DNA of 64,000 nt from Acidobacteriota bacterium (GTDB lineage Bacteria; Acidobacteriota; UBA6911; RPQK01; JAJDTT01), in assembly GCA_965209055.1 (NCBI GenBank), contig OZ242374.1, positions 3,936,001 to 4,000,000 on the forward strand, given 5' to 3'. Made by a program: the position numbers and the translations under genes. Shown here one piece after another: positions 19,042-28,619 of this stretch (position 1 is the first letter of the stretch; each line of letters starts with the position of its first letter). The notes under the pieces are model-generated. The model did no database searches and was not told the DNA's origin. It saw only the letters and a list, made by a program, of their open reading frames with translations.

Positions 19042-20391
19042 ATGACCGACCCATCTCATGCGGAACAGACACAGACAGCGCCCCGGGGATTCTGGCCCGT
19101 CCTGCGCAAACTGGGTCCGGGGCTCATCATCTCCGGATCCATCGTTGGTTCGGGAGAACTCATCGCCACCACGACCCTCGGCGCCGAGGTCGGCTTCGTC
19201 GCTCTCTGGCTCATCATCGTCAGTTGCGGCATCAAGGTGGTTGTCCAGGAGGAACTGGGCCGGTACGTGGTCTCCTCCGGGGAGACCACCCTGCAGGGAT
19301 TGAACCGGGTCCCGGGACCCCGATGGCGCGTGTCATGGGTGGTCTGGTGCTGGTGGATCATGACCATGGGAGTCATCATCCAGGGAGGAGGCATCGTCGG
19401 CGGGGTCGGTCAGACTTTCCATCTCTTCGTGCCCCAGATCAGCGGGACCGCCTGGGCCATGGTCGCGGCGGTCACGGTGATGGCGCTTCTGTTCCGGGGG
19501 CACTACGGAAGGGTGGAGAAGATCTGTATCGGCATGGTGGTCAGTTTCACCTTTGTGACCATCGCCTGTGCCGTCCTGCTGGGTTGGACCCCCTTCGCCC
19601 CCACCACGGAAGACTTTCTCTCCGGCCTGCGGCTGGGACTTCCGGAGGGAGGAATCGCCGTCGCTTTCGCCGCCTTCGGAATCACCGGCGTTGGAGCGAC
19701 GGAGTTGATCATGTACCCCTACTGGTGTCTGGAGAAGGGCTACGCGCGATTCGTGGGGCCTCGGGAAGACGGCGCCGCCTGGGAAGGACGGGCGCGAGGC
19801 TGGATACGGGTCATGCAGGCGGACGTGCTCATGGCCATGGTGGTCTACACCACGGCGACGGTGGCCTTCTACATCTTGGGTGCGGCGGTCCTTCACGGCA
19901 TGGGGACGGTCCCGGCCGGTTACGAAATGGTCTCCACCCTGTCGAACATGTACACCTCCACCCTGGGACAGGGAGCCTTCTACCTCTTTCTGGTGGGCGC
20001 CTTCTTCGTGCTCTACTCGACTCTCTTTGCCGGCGTCGCCAGCAGCTCCCGGGTCATCACCGATTTCCTGCGATTGGTGGGAGTGGCCCGGATCGAAAAT
20101 GAGAGCCAGCTCCTGTTCTGGAGGCGGGTGGTGATCGTGGTGGTCCCCACACTGTACGTCGTGCTTTACGGATTCGTGGCTCAGCCGGTCTTCATGGTGA
20201 TCATCGGCGGGATTTTCCAGGCCTGCATGCTCCCCATCATCAGCTTCTCGGCCATCTACCTCCGTTATCGCCACACCGACCGGGCGATCCGCCCGAGCCT
20301 CACGGTCGACGTGCTGCTCTGGGCCTGCTCCTCCGTCATGCTGCTCTTTGCCGTCTACTATGTGGCAAAGAGGCTCGGGTTGGGCGCCTGA
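19042..20391 (+). CDS. NRAMP-family-like membrane transporter
   Basis: LGPGLIISGSIVGSGELI, GITGVG, YPYW; about 11 TM helices; GAGGAG RBS. Substrate not determinable. Confidence 0.82.
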   Translation: MTDPSHAEQTQTAPRGFWPVLRKLGPGLIISGSIVGSGELIATTTLGAEVGFVALWLIIVSCGIKVVVQEELGRYVVSSGETTLQGLNRVPGPRWRVSWVVWCWWIMTMGVIIQGGGIVGGVGQTFHLFVPQISGTAWAMVAAVTVMALLFRGHYGRVEKICIGMVVSFTFVTIACAVLLGWTPFAPTTEDFLSGLRLGLPEGGIAVAFAAFGITGVGATELIMYPYWCLEKGYARFVGPREDGAAWEGRARGWIRVMQADVLMAMVVYTTATVAFYILGAAVLHGMGTVPAGYEMVSTLSNMYTSTLGQGAFYLFLVGAFFVLYSTLFAGVASSSRVITDFLRLVGVARIENESQLLFWRRVVIVVVPTLYVVLYGFVAQPVFMVIIGGIFQACMLPIISFSAIYLRYRHTDRAIRPSLTVDVLLWACSSVMLLFAVYYVAKRLGLGA

Positions 20392-20409
20392 TCGCCGGTT
20401 TCGGGAAGC

Positions 20410-21138
20410 CTATCGGGCTGGCCTTTTGAAGATGACGATGTGCTGCCGGGGCAGGAGATCCAGCGTCTCGACCCAGACCAGGGGATGCACGGAGATCTCG
20501 CGCCGGACCTGATCCTGGCTCATCTTGTGGAGCCGGAGAATGGGAACCGTGGGGTCCTCCGCCCGGTACTCCACCAGGACCAGCCGCCCGCCCGGCTTCA
20601 GTGCGCGATGTATTCCCTGAATCATCTCCCAGGGATGGGAGAACTCGTGGTAGACGTCCACCAACAGCGCGAGGTCCACGCTTTCCGGAGAGAGTCCCGG
20701 ATCCTGGATGGTCCCTCGAATGGGCTCCACATTTTCGATTTTTCTCTGGGCGGCCCGGCGGCGGATGATCTGAAGCATCTCGTCCTGAATATCGACGGCC
20801 AGGACGCGTCCCCCGGCTCCCACCCTCCCGGCCAGGCGAAAGGAGAAGTATCCCGATCCGGCCCCGATGTCGGCGACCGTCATTCCCCTGAGGTTTCCCA
20901 GGGCATCCAGCAGAGCTTCGGGATTCTCTTCGGACTCCCGCTCGTGGCGATCCAGCCAGGGAGCGCCCCGGTGACCCATGACCTGCGAGATCTCCCGGCC
21001 CATGTAGAACTTGCCGGTCCCATGGGGATCCGTGCTCGTCCGATGCTCGTAACGGGGCGGTTCGGCGCCGGATATGCCTTGAAGCAGGAACGGAAGCAGG
21101 CAGGCAAGAAGATGAAATGGAGTCGGCGTCATGGCCAA
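20410..21138 (-). CDS. Class I SAM-dependent methyltransferase with a predicted signal peptide
   Basis: VADIGAGSGYF, AVDIQ, VDVYHEF, LKPGGRL; hydrophobic N-terminus. Confidence 0.88.
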   Translation of the reverse strand: MAMTPTPFHLLACLLPFLLQGISGAEPPRYEHRTSTDPHGTGKFYMGREISQVMGHRGAPWLDRHERESEENPEALLDALGNLRGMTVADIGAGSGYFSFRLAGRVGAGGRVLAVDIQDEMLQIIRRRAAQRKIENVEPIRGTIQDPGLSPESVDLALLVDVYHEFSHPWEMIQGIHRALKPGGRLVLVEYRAEDPTVPILRLHKMSQDQVRREISVHPLVWVETLDLLPRQHIVIFKRPAR

Positions 21139-21328
21139 CCAGTTTATCAGCAGTCGGGAGTCCAGGAGTTTGAACAGAGCAGCGTCTCGGTTGCAAACGG
21201 ACCGTTCGACAGTCCTGTGCCCCGGTTGATTTGGCCAGGGGGCTACGGTATAAATTTTTCAAGACCGCCGCGAAAACGGCAGCCTCGAGGCGGGATCCGC
21301 AGGCGGTTTTCGAATCGGGAGGAATTCC

Positions 21329-22705
21329 ATGCTGAGACTCGACGCCGACAAGCCCGTATCGTTCTGCGACGGTTTCAACCGGCGCGACTTCTTCCACATC
21401 GGGGCGCTTTCCGGGTTGGGACTCAGTCTGGTCGATCTCTACAGCCTGAAGGCGCTCGGGTCCGTCGATGCCGGGAAGGACCCCATGAACTGCATCTTCC
21501 TCTTCCTGGTCGGCGGCCCCAGCCAGTTGGACACGTGGGACATGAAGCCGGATGCGCCGGCCGAGATCCGGGGTCCGTTCAAGCCCATTCCCACCAATGT
21601 GGACGGGATCCGGATCAGCGAGATCTTCCCGCGGATGGCGCGCCACGCCGACAAGTTCTCCCTGGTGCGGAGCCTTTACCACGACGCGGCCGCGGTGCAT
21701 GACACCGGGCACCAGATGATGCAGACGGGCCGCCTCTTTCAGGCCGGCATGGAGCATCCGCACGCCGGCTGCGTCATCAACAAACTCCGGGGACCTCGCG
21801 GGGCCCTGCCGGCCCACGTCCTGATCCCCCGTCCCATCGGCAAGACCGGAGGCAACATGCCCCACGGCCAGGACGCCGGATATCTGGGCCGGGCGCTGGA
21901 CCCCTTCGTCCTGAACAGCGATCCCTCGCTGCCCGATTTCAAGGTGCGGGACCTCCTGCCGCCCGACTATATCTCCGCCAATCGGCTGAACCGGCGCCGT
22001 AACCTGAGAGAGATCGTGGACGGGGTCGTCGGCAACTTCGAAAACAGTGAGGACGCCCGGCTGCTGGATTCCAGTTTCCATCAGGCCTACACGCTGATTT
22101 CGTCCGACCGCGCCCGGGAGGCGTTCGACATCACCATGGAAGACGATGCGGCTCGTGACCGTTACGGGCGCAACAAGTTCGGACAGAGCTGCCTGCTGGC
22201 CCGGCGGCTGGTGGAGCGGGGTGTCCGGTTCGTCACCGTCAACATGTTCGAGACCGTCTTCAACGAGATCACCTGGGACATCCACGGGTCGGCTCCTTTC
22301 AGCCCCATCAGTTGCTACTCCGATCTGGTGGGACCCATGTTCGACAACGGTTTTTCCTCCCTGGTGGAGGACCTGAAGGATCGGGGCATGTTGGAGAACA
22401 CGCTGATCGTGGCCATGGGCGAGTTCGGCCGCACGCCCAAGATCAATCCGGCCGGGGGCCGCGATCACTGGCCCGGGTGCTGGACCACGGTCTTCGCCGG
22501 GGGCGGCATCCAGGGCGGACGGGTCGTGGGCGAGTCGGACGAGATCGGAGCCCTGCCCAAGGATCGTCCGGTGACGCCGGCGGAGGTGGTGGCCACCGTT
22601 TACCACTTGCTCGGCGTGGACCTGGAGACGGAACTGGACGGACCCGGAGGACGGCCCGTTCCTATCGTGGACTACAACGTCGAGCCCATCCACGAGTTGA
22701 TCTGA
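21329..22705 (+). CDS. DUF1501 family protein
   Basis: NRRDFF Tat-like motif, GGPSQLDTWDMKP, LLARRLVERGVRFV, WDIH, GEFGRTPKIN, GRDHWP. Confidence 0.92.
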   Translation: MLRLDADKPVSFCDGFNRRDFFHIGALSGLGLSLVDLYSLKALGSVDAGKDPMNCIFLFLVGGPSQLDTWDMKPDAPAEIRGPFKPIPTNVDGIRISEIFPRMARHADKFSLVRSLYHDAAAVHDTGHQMMQTGRLFQAGMEHPHAGCVINKLRGPRGALPAHVLIPRPIGKTGGNMPHGQDAGYLGRALDPFVLNSDPSLPDFKVRDLLPPDYISANRLNRRRNLREIVDGVVGNFENSEDARLLDSSFHQAYTLISSDRAREAFDITMEDDAARDRYGRNKFGQSCLLARRLVERGVRFVTVNMFETVFNEITWDIHGSAPFSPISCYSDLVGPMFDNGFSSLVEDLKDRGMLENTLIVAMGEFGRTPKINPAGGRDHWPGCWTTVFAGGGIQGGRVVGESDEIGALPKDRPVTPAEVVATVYHLLGVDLETELDGPGGRPVPIVDYNVEPIHELI

Positions 22706-22709
22706 GGTC

Positions 22710-24866
22710 GTGGCCAAGCGGTCGCCCGTCCTCCTGCTTTTCGTTCTGGCAATTGCCGTCGTCGAGGCGGCTCCGGATTCCCCCAGCTTCCGGAACGACG
22801 TCCTGCCTGTCCTGAGCAAGGCGGGTTGCAATTCGGGCCCCTGTCACGGCGCGCTGGCGGGCAAGAACGGGTTCCGGCTCTCGCTTCGCGGGTACGATCC
22901 GGTCACCGATTATTTTTCCCTCACCCGGGAGGCGCTGGGCCGCAGGCTGGTCAAGATGGCGCCCGCCCGGAGCCTGATCCTCCTGAAGCCGACCCTGACC
23001 CTTCCCCACGGAGGAGGGAAGCGGTTCGACGTCGACTCTCCCGAATACCGGGTGATCGCGGACTGGATCGCGGCGGGGGCGCCGGCCCCGAAGCCCGGCG
23101 ACCCTGTGATCGAGAACATTGAAGTCGATCCCGACAAGATCGTGCTCCACACGCCCGGTGACACGGTTCGGATCTCGGTGCGGGCCCGATTTTCGGACGG
23201 GAGTGTCCGGGATGTGACCCGCCAGACCAAGTTCAGCTCCACCAACGAAGGGGTCGTGGAGGTCGGGGACCGTGGTCTGGTTAGGGCAAAGGGCCATGGT
23301 GAGGGAGCGGTTTCTGTCTGGTACTCCAGCAAGGTGGCCTTCTCCCGGGTGACGGTGCCTCACGAACGCCAACTGGGCCCGGAGGTATTCGGCCAGGCTC
23401 CCCGCAACAATTGGGTGGACGACCTGGTCCTGGCCAAGCTCAACGAGCTGCGGATCCCTCCCTCCCCGCTGTGCGACGACAATACCTTCATTCGAAGGGT
23501 CTACCTGGACACGCTCGGAGTGCTGCCGAGCCGGCAGGATCTGAGCCGATTTCTCGGGGACACGCGCGGTGACCGGCGGGCACGGCTGATCGATTCGGTC
23601 TTGGACCGGCCCGAATACGTGGACTACTGGGCCTACAAGTGGTCCGACCTGCTGCTGGTCTCCAGCCGCAAGCTGGAAAAGGCCGCCATGTGGTCCTACT
23701 ACGACTGGATCCGGAACGGGGTGGCCGAGAACCGTCCCTGGGACCGGTTCATCGAAGAACTGGTCACCGCCACCGGAAGCAATCTGGAGAACGGGGCCGT
23801 CAACTACTGGCTGATCCACCAGCAACCTCAGGAGATCACGGAAAACCTGAGCCAGGCGTTCCTGGGGATCTCTCTGACCTGCGCCCGCTGCCATAACCAT
23901 CCCCTGGAGAAATGGACCCAGGATCAGTACTACGGGATGGCTAATCTGGTCTCTCGCGTTCGTCTCAAGAACGGACAGGCGGCAGGCGAGGTTACCCTGG
24001 TGCCGCGGCCGGTGGGAGAGGTCAGCCATCCCCGGCTGGGACGGCCCATGCCGCCGCAGCCTCTGGACGCCGAGGCCCTGTCGCTGGACGACCCGGCCGA
24101 TCGGCGGCGCCACCTGGCGCGGTGGCTGGTGGGGAGCGAGCATTTCGCACGAAGCCTGGTCAATCGAGTCTGGGCCCATTTCTTCGGGCGGGGCGTCGTG
24201 GACCCGGAGGACGATCTCAGGGCGACCAATCCGGCGTCGAACGAAGCTCTCCTGTCGGCTCTGACCCGGGATTTCATGGACAACGGGCACGATGTCAAGC
24301 GTCTGATCCGAACCATACTGAACTCGGCCACCTATCAACTCTCCTCCACGGGCGTTCCGGCGAATCGAAACGACGAAGAATACTTTTCCCACCATCGAAG
24401 CCGTCGGCTGCCGGCCGAAGTGGTTCTGGACGCCATGTCCCAGGTCACGGAAGTCCCAGAGGAATTCACGGGCTATCCCCTCGGGACCCGGGCTCTCCAA
24501 CTGCCCGAAACTCAGGTTGAGTCGTATTTCCTCGATTCTTTCGGGCGTCCTCCTCGACTCACCTCCGGAGCCGATGAGCGCAAGGGCGATGCCAACGTGG
24601 CTCAGGTCCTCCATCTGATCAACGGGGGGACGCTGAACCGGAAGCTGAGGGCGGAAGGGGGCGCCGTCGACCGGTTGCTGGAATTGGAGCTCCCGGCTCC
24701 CGAACTGGTGGAGCGTGTCTATGAGTCGGCCCTTTCGAGGCGGCCGTCCCGGCCTGAAGTCGCCCGTCTGGTCTCGGCCCTGGATCTGGAGCAGGCCAAC
24801 CGGGAGGGCGTCGAGGATCTTTTCTGGGCCGTCCTGACCAGCAAGGAATTCCTGTTCACTCACTGA
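22710..24866 (+). CDS. DUF1549/DUF1553 protein with Ig-like domain
   Basis: GCNSGPCHG, NGFRLSLRGYD, FIRRVYLD, CARCHNHP, VNRVWAHFFGRG, RRLPAE, EFLFTH. Confidence 0.9.
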   Translation: MAKRSPVLLLFVLAIAVVEAAPDSPSFRNDVLPVLSKAGCNSGPCHGALAGKNGFRLSLRGYDPVTDYFSLTREALGRRLVKMAPARSLILLKPTLTLPHGGGKRFDVDSPEYRVIADWIAAGAPAPKPGDPVIENIEVDPDKIVLHTPGDTVRISVRARFSDGSVRDVTRQTKFSSTNEGVVEVGDRGLVRAKGHGEGAVSVWYSSKVAFSRVTVPHERQLGPEVFGQAPRNNWVDDLVLAKLNELRIPPSPLCDDNTFIRRVYLDTLGVLPSRQDLSRFLGDTRGDRRARLIDSVLDRPEYVDYWAYKWSDLLLVSSRKLEKAAMWSYYDWIRNGVAENRPWDRFIEELVTATGSNLENGAVNYWLIHQQPQEITENLSQAFLGISLTCARCHNHPLEKWTQDQYYGMANLVSRVRLKNGQAAGEVTLVPRPVGEVSHPRLGRPMPPQPLDAEALSLDDPADRRRHLARWLVGSEHFARSLVNRVWAHFFGRGVVDPEDDLRATNPASNEALLSALTRDFMDNGHDVKRLIRTILNSATYQLSSTGVPANRNDEEYFSHHRSRRLPAEVVLDAMSQVTEVPEEFTGYPLGTRALQLPETQVESYFLDSFGRPPRLTSGADERKGDANVAQVLHLINGGTLNRKLRAEGGAVDRLLELELPAPELVERVYESALSRRPSRPEVARLVSALDLEQANREGVEDLFWAVLTSKEFLFTH

Positions 24867-24890
24867 TCCACCGCGAGGTGGAAATCGAAC

Positions 24891-26186
24891 ATGGGCGTGC
24901 GTATTTACGGTTCGGTTTCTCTGGCGGGGAGCCTCCTCCTGGCCGCCATGGTTTCGGGGAGCGCCGGAGGCCGGAGCCGACCGGAGGCGGCCGCCGCCGG
25001 CAAGATCCTGGCCCGCGAATGTTACTCCTGCCACAACCAGGTCAAGCGGGAGGGGGCCCTGAGCCTGCACACCTTCCAGACCCTCATGAAGGGGGGAAAC
25101 AACGGTCCCCCGCTGGTCCCGGGCAACAGCGACGAGAGCCGGATGATCCAGATGGTGGAGGGCCTGCTGGAGCCCATCATGCCCGAGGACGGCTTCCTGG
25201 AAGACCAGGACATCGAGGCCCTTCGCGCCTGGGTGGATGCCGGTGCTCCACCGTGGCAGGGCGATCTGGGAAGAATGCGCCTGGAGCGTCTGCCCGACAT
25301 CCGTCCCACCGAAACCGTCCGGCCGGAGGTGGCGAGCCTGGCTTTCCATCCCCAGGGGACGATGGTCGCAGCGGGCAGCTACGAAGAGATCCGGCTTCTC
25401 CGGCCCGGGGGAGGAGTCGATGCCCGTCTGACCGGATTGGCCGAGACGGTGCGGTCCGTCGCCTTCAGCCCGGACGGTTCGCGGCTGGCCTCCGGGGCCG
25501 GAATGCCGTCCCGCTTCGGAGAAATCAAGATCTGGGATCCGGCCACGCGCCAGTTGGTCCGTAGCTGGGAGGGCCACACCGACTGCATCTACTCGGTGGC
25601 CTTCAGTCCCGACGGCTCGGTCCTGGCCACGGCCAGCTACGATCGGCTGGTCAAATTGTGGGAGGTGACAACGGGCCGGGAGATCCGAACCATCTCCGGG
25701 CACGTGGACGCGGTCTATTCGTTGGCCTTCAATGCGTCGGGCGACCGCCTGGCCTCGGCCTCGGCCGACCGCACGGTCAAGGTCTGGGACGTCGCCAGCG
25801 GGCGGCAGTTGGGGACGCCGCTCTCGGGCGCAACGGCCGAGCTCTTCGCCATGGCGTTCTACCCGGGCGGCCGCAGGATCGCGGCCGCCGGCATGGACAA
25901 GATGATTCGGATCTGGGACTTGGACGAGGAGGGTGGCATCCTGGCGGTTTCTGTCTTTTCCCACGACGGACCGGTCGTCGACCTCTCCCTGACTCCGGAC
26001 GGGAACACCCTGATTTCGGCCGGAGCCGACGGACGGGTCAAATTTTGGGACGCGGACTCCCTGGAGGAGAGGAAGGCCCTGCAAGCCCAGCCCGACACGG
26101 TCCTGGCGCTGGCCGTCAGCCCCTCCGGAGAGACTTTGGCCGTGGGCCGCTATGATGGGATGGTGATCTTCGAACCGATACCATAG
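24891..26186 (+). CDS. Planctomycete-type cytochrome c domain plus WD40 repeat protein
   Basis: CYSCH...MP...WVDAGA heme domain, then WD repeats (GH...SVAFSPDG...ASYD..VKLWE). Confidence 0.9.
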   Translation: MGVRIYGSVSLAGSLLLAAMVSGSAGGRSRPEAAAAGKILARECYSCHNQVKREGALSLHTFQTLMKGGNNGPPLVPGNSDESRMIQMVEGLLEPIMPEDGFLEDQDIEALRAWVDAGAPPWQGDLGRMRLERLPDIRPTETVRPEVASLAFHPQGTMVAAGSYEEIRLLRPGGGVDARLTGLAETVRSVAFSPDGSRLASGAGMPSRFGEIKIWDPATRQLVRSWEGHTDCIYSVAFSPDGSVLATASYDRLVKLWEVTTGREIRTISGHVDAVYSLAFNASGDRLASASADRTVKVWDVASGRQLGTPLSGATAELFAMAFYPGGRRIAAAGMDKMIRIWDLDEEGGILAVSVFSHDGPVVDLSLTPDGNTLISAGADGRVKFWDADSLEERKALQAQPDTVLALAVSPSGETLAVGRYDGMVIFEPIP

Positions 26187-26198
26187 CCGAGCAAGCCG

Positions 26199-28619
26199 AT
26201 GATGAAACAAAATTCGATATTGCGGGGGGTTCTCATGGTGTCGCTGGCGGCGCCGTTGTTCGGCCAACACGCGCCGCCGACCCTGACCTCAACGGTTCCG
26301 CTGGGTGGTCAGCGGGGAACCAGCGTCACGCTCCTCCTGGATGGGACCAATCTGGGAGAGGTCCGGCGGATCCTCTTCGATCACGAGGGTCTGGAGGCCG
26401 TCATCGAGAAGCAGCAGGAATTGCCCAACCCGCGAAAGATGGAGGACGGGCAGACCCGGGCCCTGATCCTGGACGGCGCGACGCGGAACCGCCTCTGGGT
26501 GCGGGTTGAGGTCGACGAGTCGGTGCCGGCCGATCTGTATCACTTCCGGGTCTGGACGCCGCTGGGGGTGAGCAATCCGCTTCCCTTTGCCGTGGGAGCC
26601 TTTCCTGAAGCGGAGGAGACCCAATTCAACGACACACCCCGCAAGGCGCAGCCGGTGACGCTGCCGGTGACCGTCCGGGGCGACATTTCCAGCACCGGTG
26701 ACGTGGATCACTTTCGATTTCGAGCGCGGGAAGGGCAGCATCTGGCGTTTCGGGTCATCTCGTCGCCCTTGGGGTCGATCCTGAATGCCGAACTCCAACT
26801 CTTGGAGGGATCGGGGAAAAGGGTGGACGGGTGTGTGTCGCGTTCCGGACAGGCGGCCTTTCTCAGTTGCGAGATCCCGGAGCGCGGGATCTATGTCGTT
26901 CGGATCGCCGACAGGAACCGGGTCGGCGCCATGAGCGGTTACCAGTACCGGCTAGAAGCGGGTGAGTTCCCGCTGTTGGAAGGCGTGTTCCCACTGGGAA
27001 TCCAGGCGGGCCGGGAAACCCGTCTCAAGGTTTGGGGCGCCAACCTGGGGAACGCCGGTACGGTCCCCTTCACGGCTCTCGAAGAACAGGCGGGACGGGT
27101 CGTCCCTCTGGCCGTACCTCCGGCCTCCAACCGGATCCCTCTGGCCGTCGGGGCTCATCCTGAAACACTGGAGGTGGAGCCCAACGATACTCGGGAGACG
27201 GCCCAGCGGGTGAGCTGGCCCGTTACCCTGAACGGACACGTCAACTCCTTGGCCGACGGCTCTGCAGCGTCGAGCCCGGATCAGGACCTGTTTCGATTCG
27301 AGGCTCGAAAGGGACAGGTCCTGGTGCTGGAGGTGGAAGCCTCCAGGCTGGGCTCCTCCCTGGACTCCCTGGTGGAGATCCGGGATGCGGAGGGCCGGGC
27401 GGTCCGCCGCGCGGAAGTCCGCTGCCTCGCGCAGACCGAAGTCGTTCTCAGCAATCGCGGCTCGATCCGAGGGTCGATGCGCCTGGGCTCGACGGAGGAT
27501 CTGGCGTTGGACGACTATCTCATGGTCGGCTCGGAGATCGTACAGATCAAGGCGATGCCGAGGGGGCCGGACGACGATACCCGGTTCAAATCGATTCGGG
27601 GCGTCCGGCAAGCTCTGTTCGGGACGACGGCCGAGGGCCACGCCGTGGGGGACCCGGTTTACAAAGTTCGCTTGTTTCCCCCGGGAACCCGCTTCAGCGC
27701 CAACGGGATGCCCGTATTTCATCTCAACTACCGCAACGATGACGGGGGTCCCGGATACGGACGCGACTCCAATCTGGAGTTCACGGTGCCTGAGGACGGA
27801 GCCTACATTGTGGCGCTGCGGGATTCTCGCAGCCAGGAAGGGGCGGACCATCCCTACCGGCTGACGATCCGCGAGCCGAGTCCCGATTTTCGGATCGAGC
27901 TTCCCTCGCGCCGCGCGGGCCGCATTTTGAGCGGTACCGGCGATGCGACCCACTTCAATCTGCCGGTCGGGGGACGTCTCACCGTGGATGTCGCGGTGTA
28001 CCGTTTGGACGGATTCGACGGAGAAATCCGGGTGCAAATGGAGAATCTTCCCCCGGGTGTCAGCGCCGCAAACACGGTGATTCCGGCGCGTGCAGACACC
28101 ACCGTGATCCTCCTCGAGGCGTCCCGCAAGGCCTCGTTCGCGCCGACGCGGGTGAGGATCGCAGGCCGGGCCGAGGTGAACGGCCGGGAGTTGATCCGCA
28201 CCCCGGAGAACGATCCCGGAATCCTCCTTGCTCTCAACACGATCTCCGATCTCACCGTGGCCGTCGACCGTCAGGAGGTTCGTCTGGAGCCGGGGAAGGA
28301 GGCGCGCATCCGCGTTGACATCGACCGTCTCGGCGAGTTTCAGGGCCGGGTCCCGGTGAACGTACGCAATCTCCCTTACGGCGTCCGGGTGATGAACGTG
28401 GGACTCAACGGCATTTTGGTGACGAAGGAGGAGAGCAGCCGTGTGTTCACTCTCTACGCCGAACCCTGGGTGAAACCCCTGGTTCAGCCCATCTATGTCG
28501 TGGCTCGAGTCGAGACGAACTCATCCAATCCCCTGGAGCACGCGGCGGCAGCGGTCCATCTCCAGATCGCTGGTGATCCGGCGGCGGACCGATCATCGGC
28601 AAGCGGAGAAAAGCATTGA
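26199..28619 (+). CDS. Secreted PPC (pre-peptidase C-terminal) repeat protein
   Basis: PLGGQRGTSV, EVEPND, D.D.FRF, NDDG...DS.LEF, YRL motifs; typical companion of DUF1501/1549 clusters. Confidence 0.78.
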   Translation: MMKQNSILRGVLMVSLAAPLFGQHAPPTLTSTVPLGGQRGTSVTLLLDGTNLGEVRRILFDHEGLEAVIEKQQELPNPRKMEDGQTRALILDGATRNRLWVRVEVDESVPADLYHFRVWTPLGVSNPLPFAVGAFPEAEETQFNDTPRKAQPVTLPVTVRGDISSTGDVDHFRFRAREGQHLAFRVISSPLGSILNAELQLLEGSGKRVDGCVSRSGQAAFLSCEIPERGIYVVRIADRNRVGAMSGYQYRLEAGEFPLLEGVFPLGIQAGRETRLKVWGANLGNAGTVPFTALEEQAGRVVPLAVPPASNRIPLAVGAHPETLEVEPNDTRETAQRVSWPVTLNGHVNSLADGSAASSPDQDLFRFEARKGQVLVLEVEASRLGSSLDSLVEIRDAEGRAVRRAEVRCLAQTEVVLSNRGSIRGSMRLGSTEDLALDDYLMVGSEIVQIKAMPRGPDDDTRFKSIRGVRQALFGTTAEGHAVGDPVYKVRLFPPGTRFSANGMPVFHLNYRNDDGGPGYGRDSNLEFTVPEDGAYIVALRDSRSQEGADHPYRLTIREPSPDFRIELPSRRAGRILSGTGDATHFNLPVGGRLTVDVAVYRLDGFDGEIRVQMENLPPGVSAANTVIPARADTTVILLEASRKASFAPTRVRIAGRAEVNGRELIRTPENDPGILLALNTISDLTVAVDRQEVRLEPGKEARIRVDIDRLGEFQGRVPVNVRNLPYGVRVMNVGLNGILVTKEESSRVFTLYAEPWVKPLVQPIYVVARVETNSSNPLEHAAAAVHLQIAGDPAADRSSASGEKH

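Noticed and set aside
22662-26270. 1202-aa minus-strand ORF (likewise 3267..5690, 5778..7400, 17195..19072, 20336..22831, 38985..40415, 56455..57924)
   Set aside because: Antisense shadows of well-supported genes in GC-rich DNA; no recognisable motifs.
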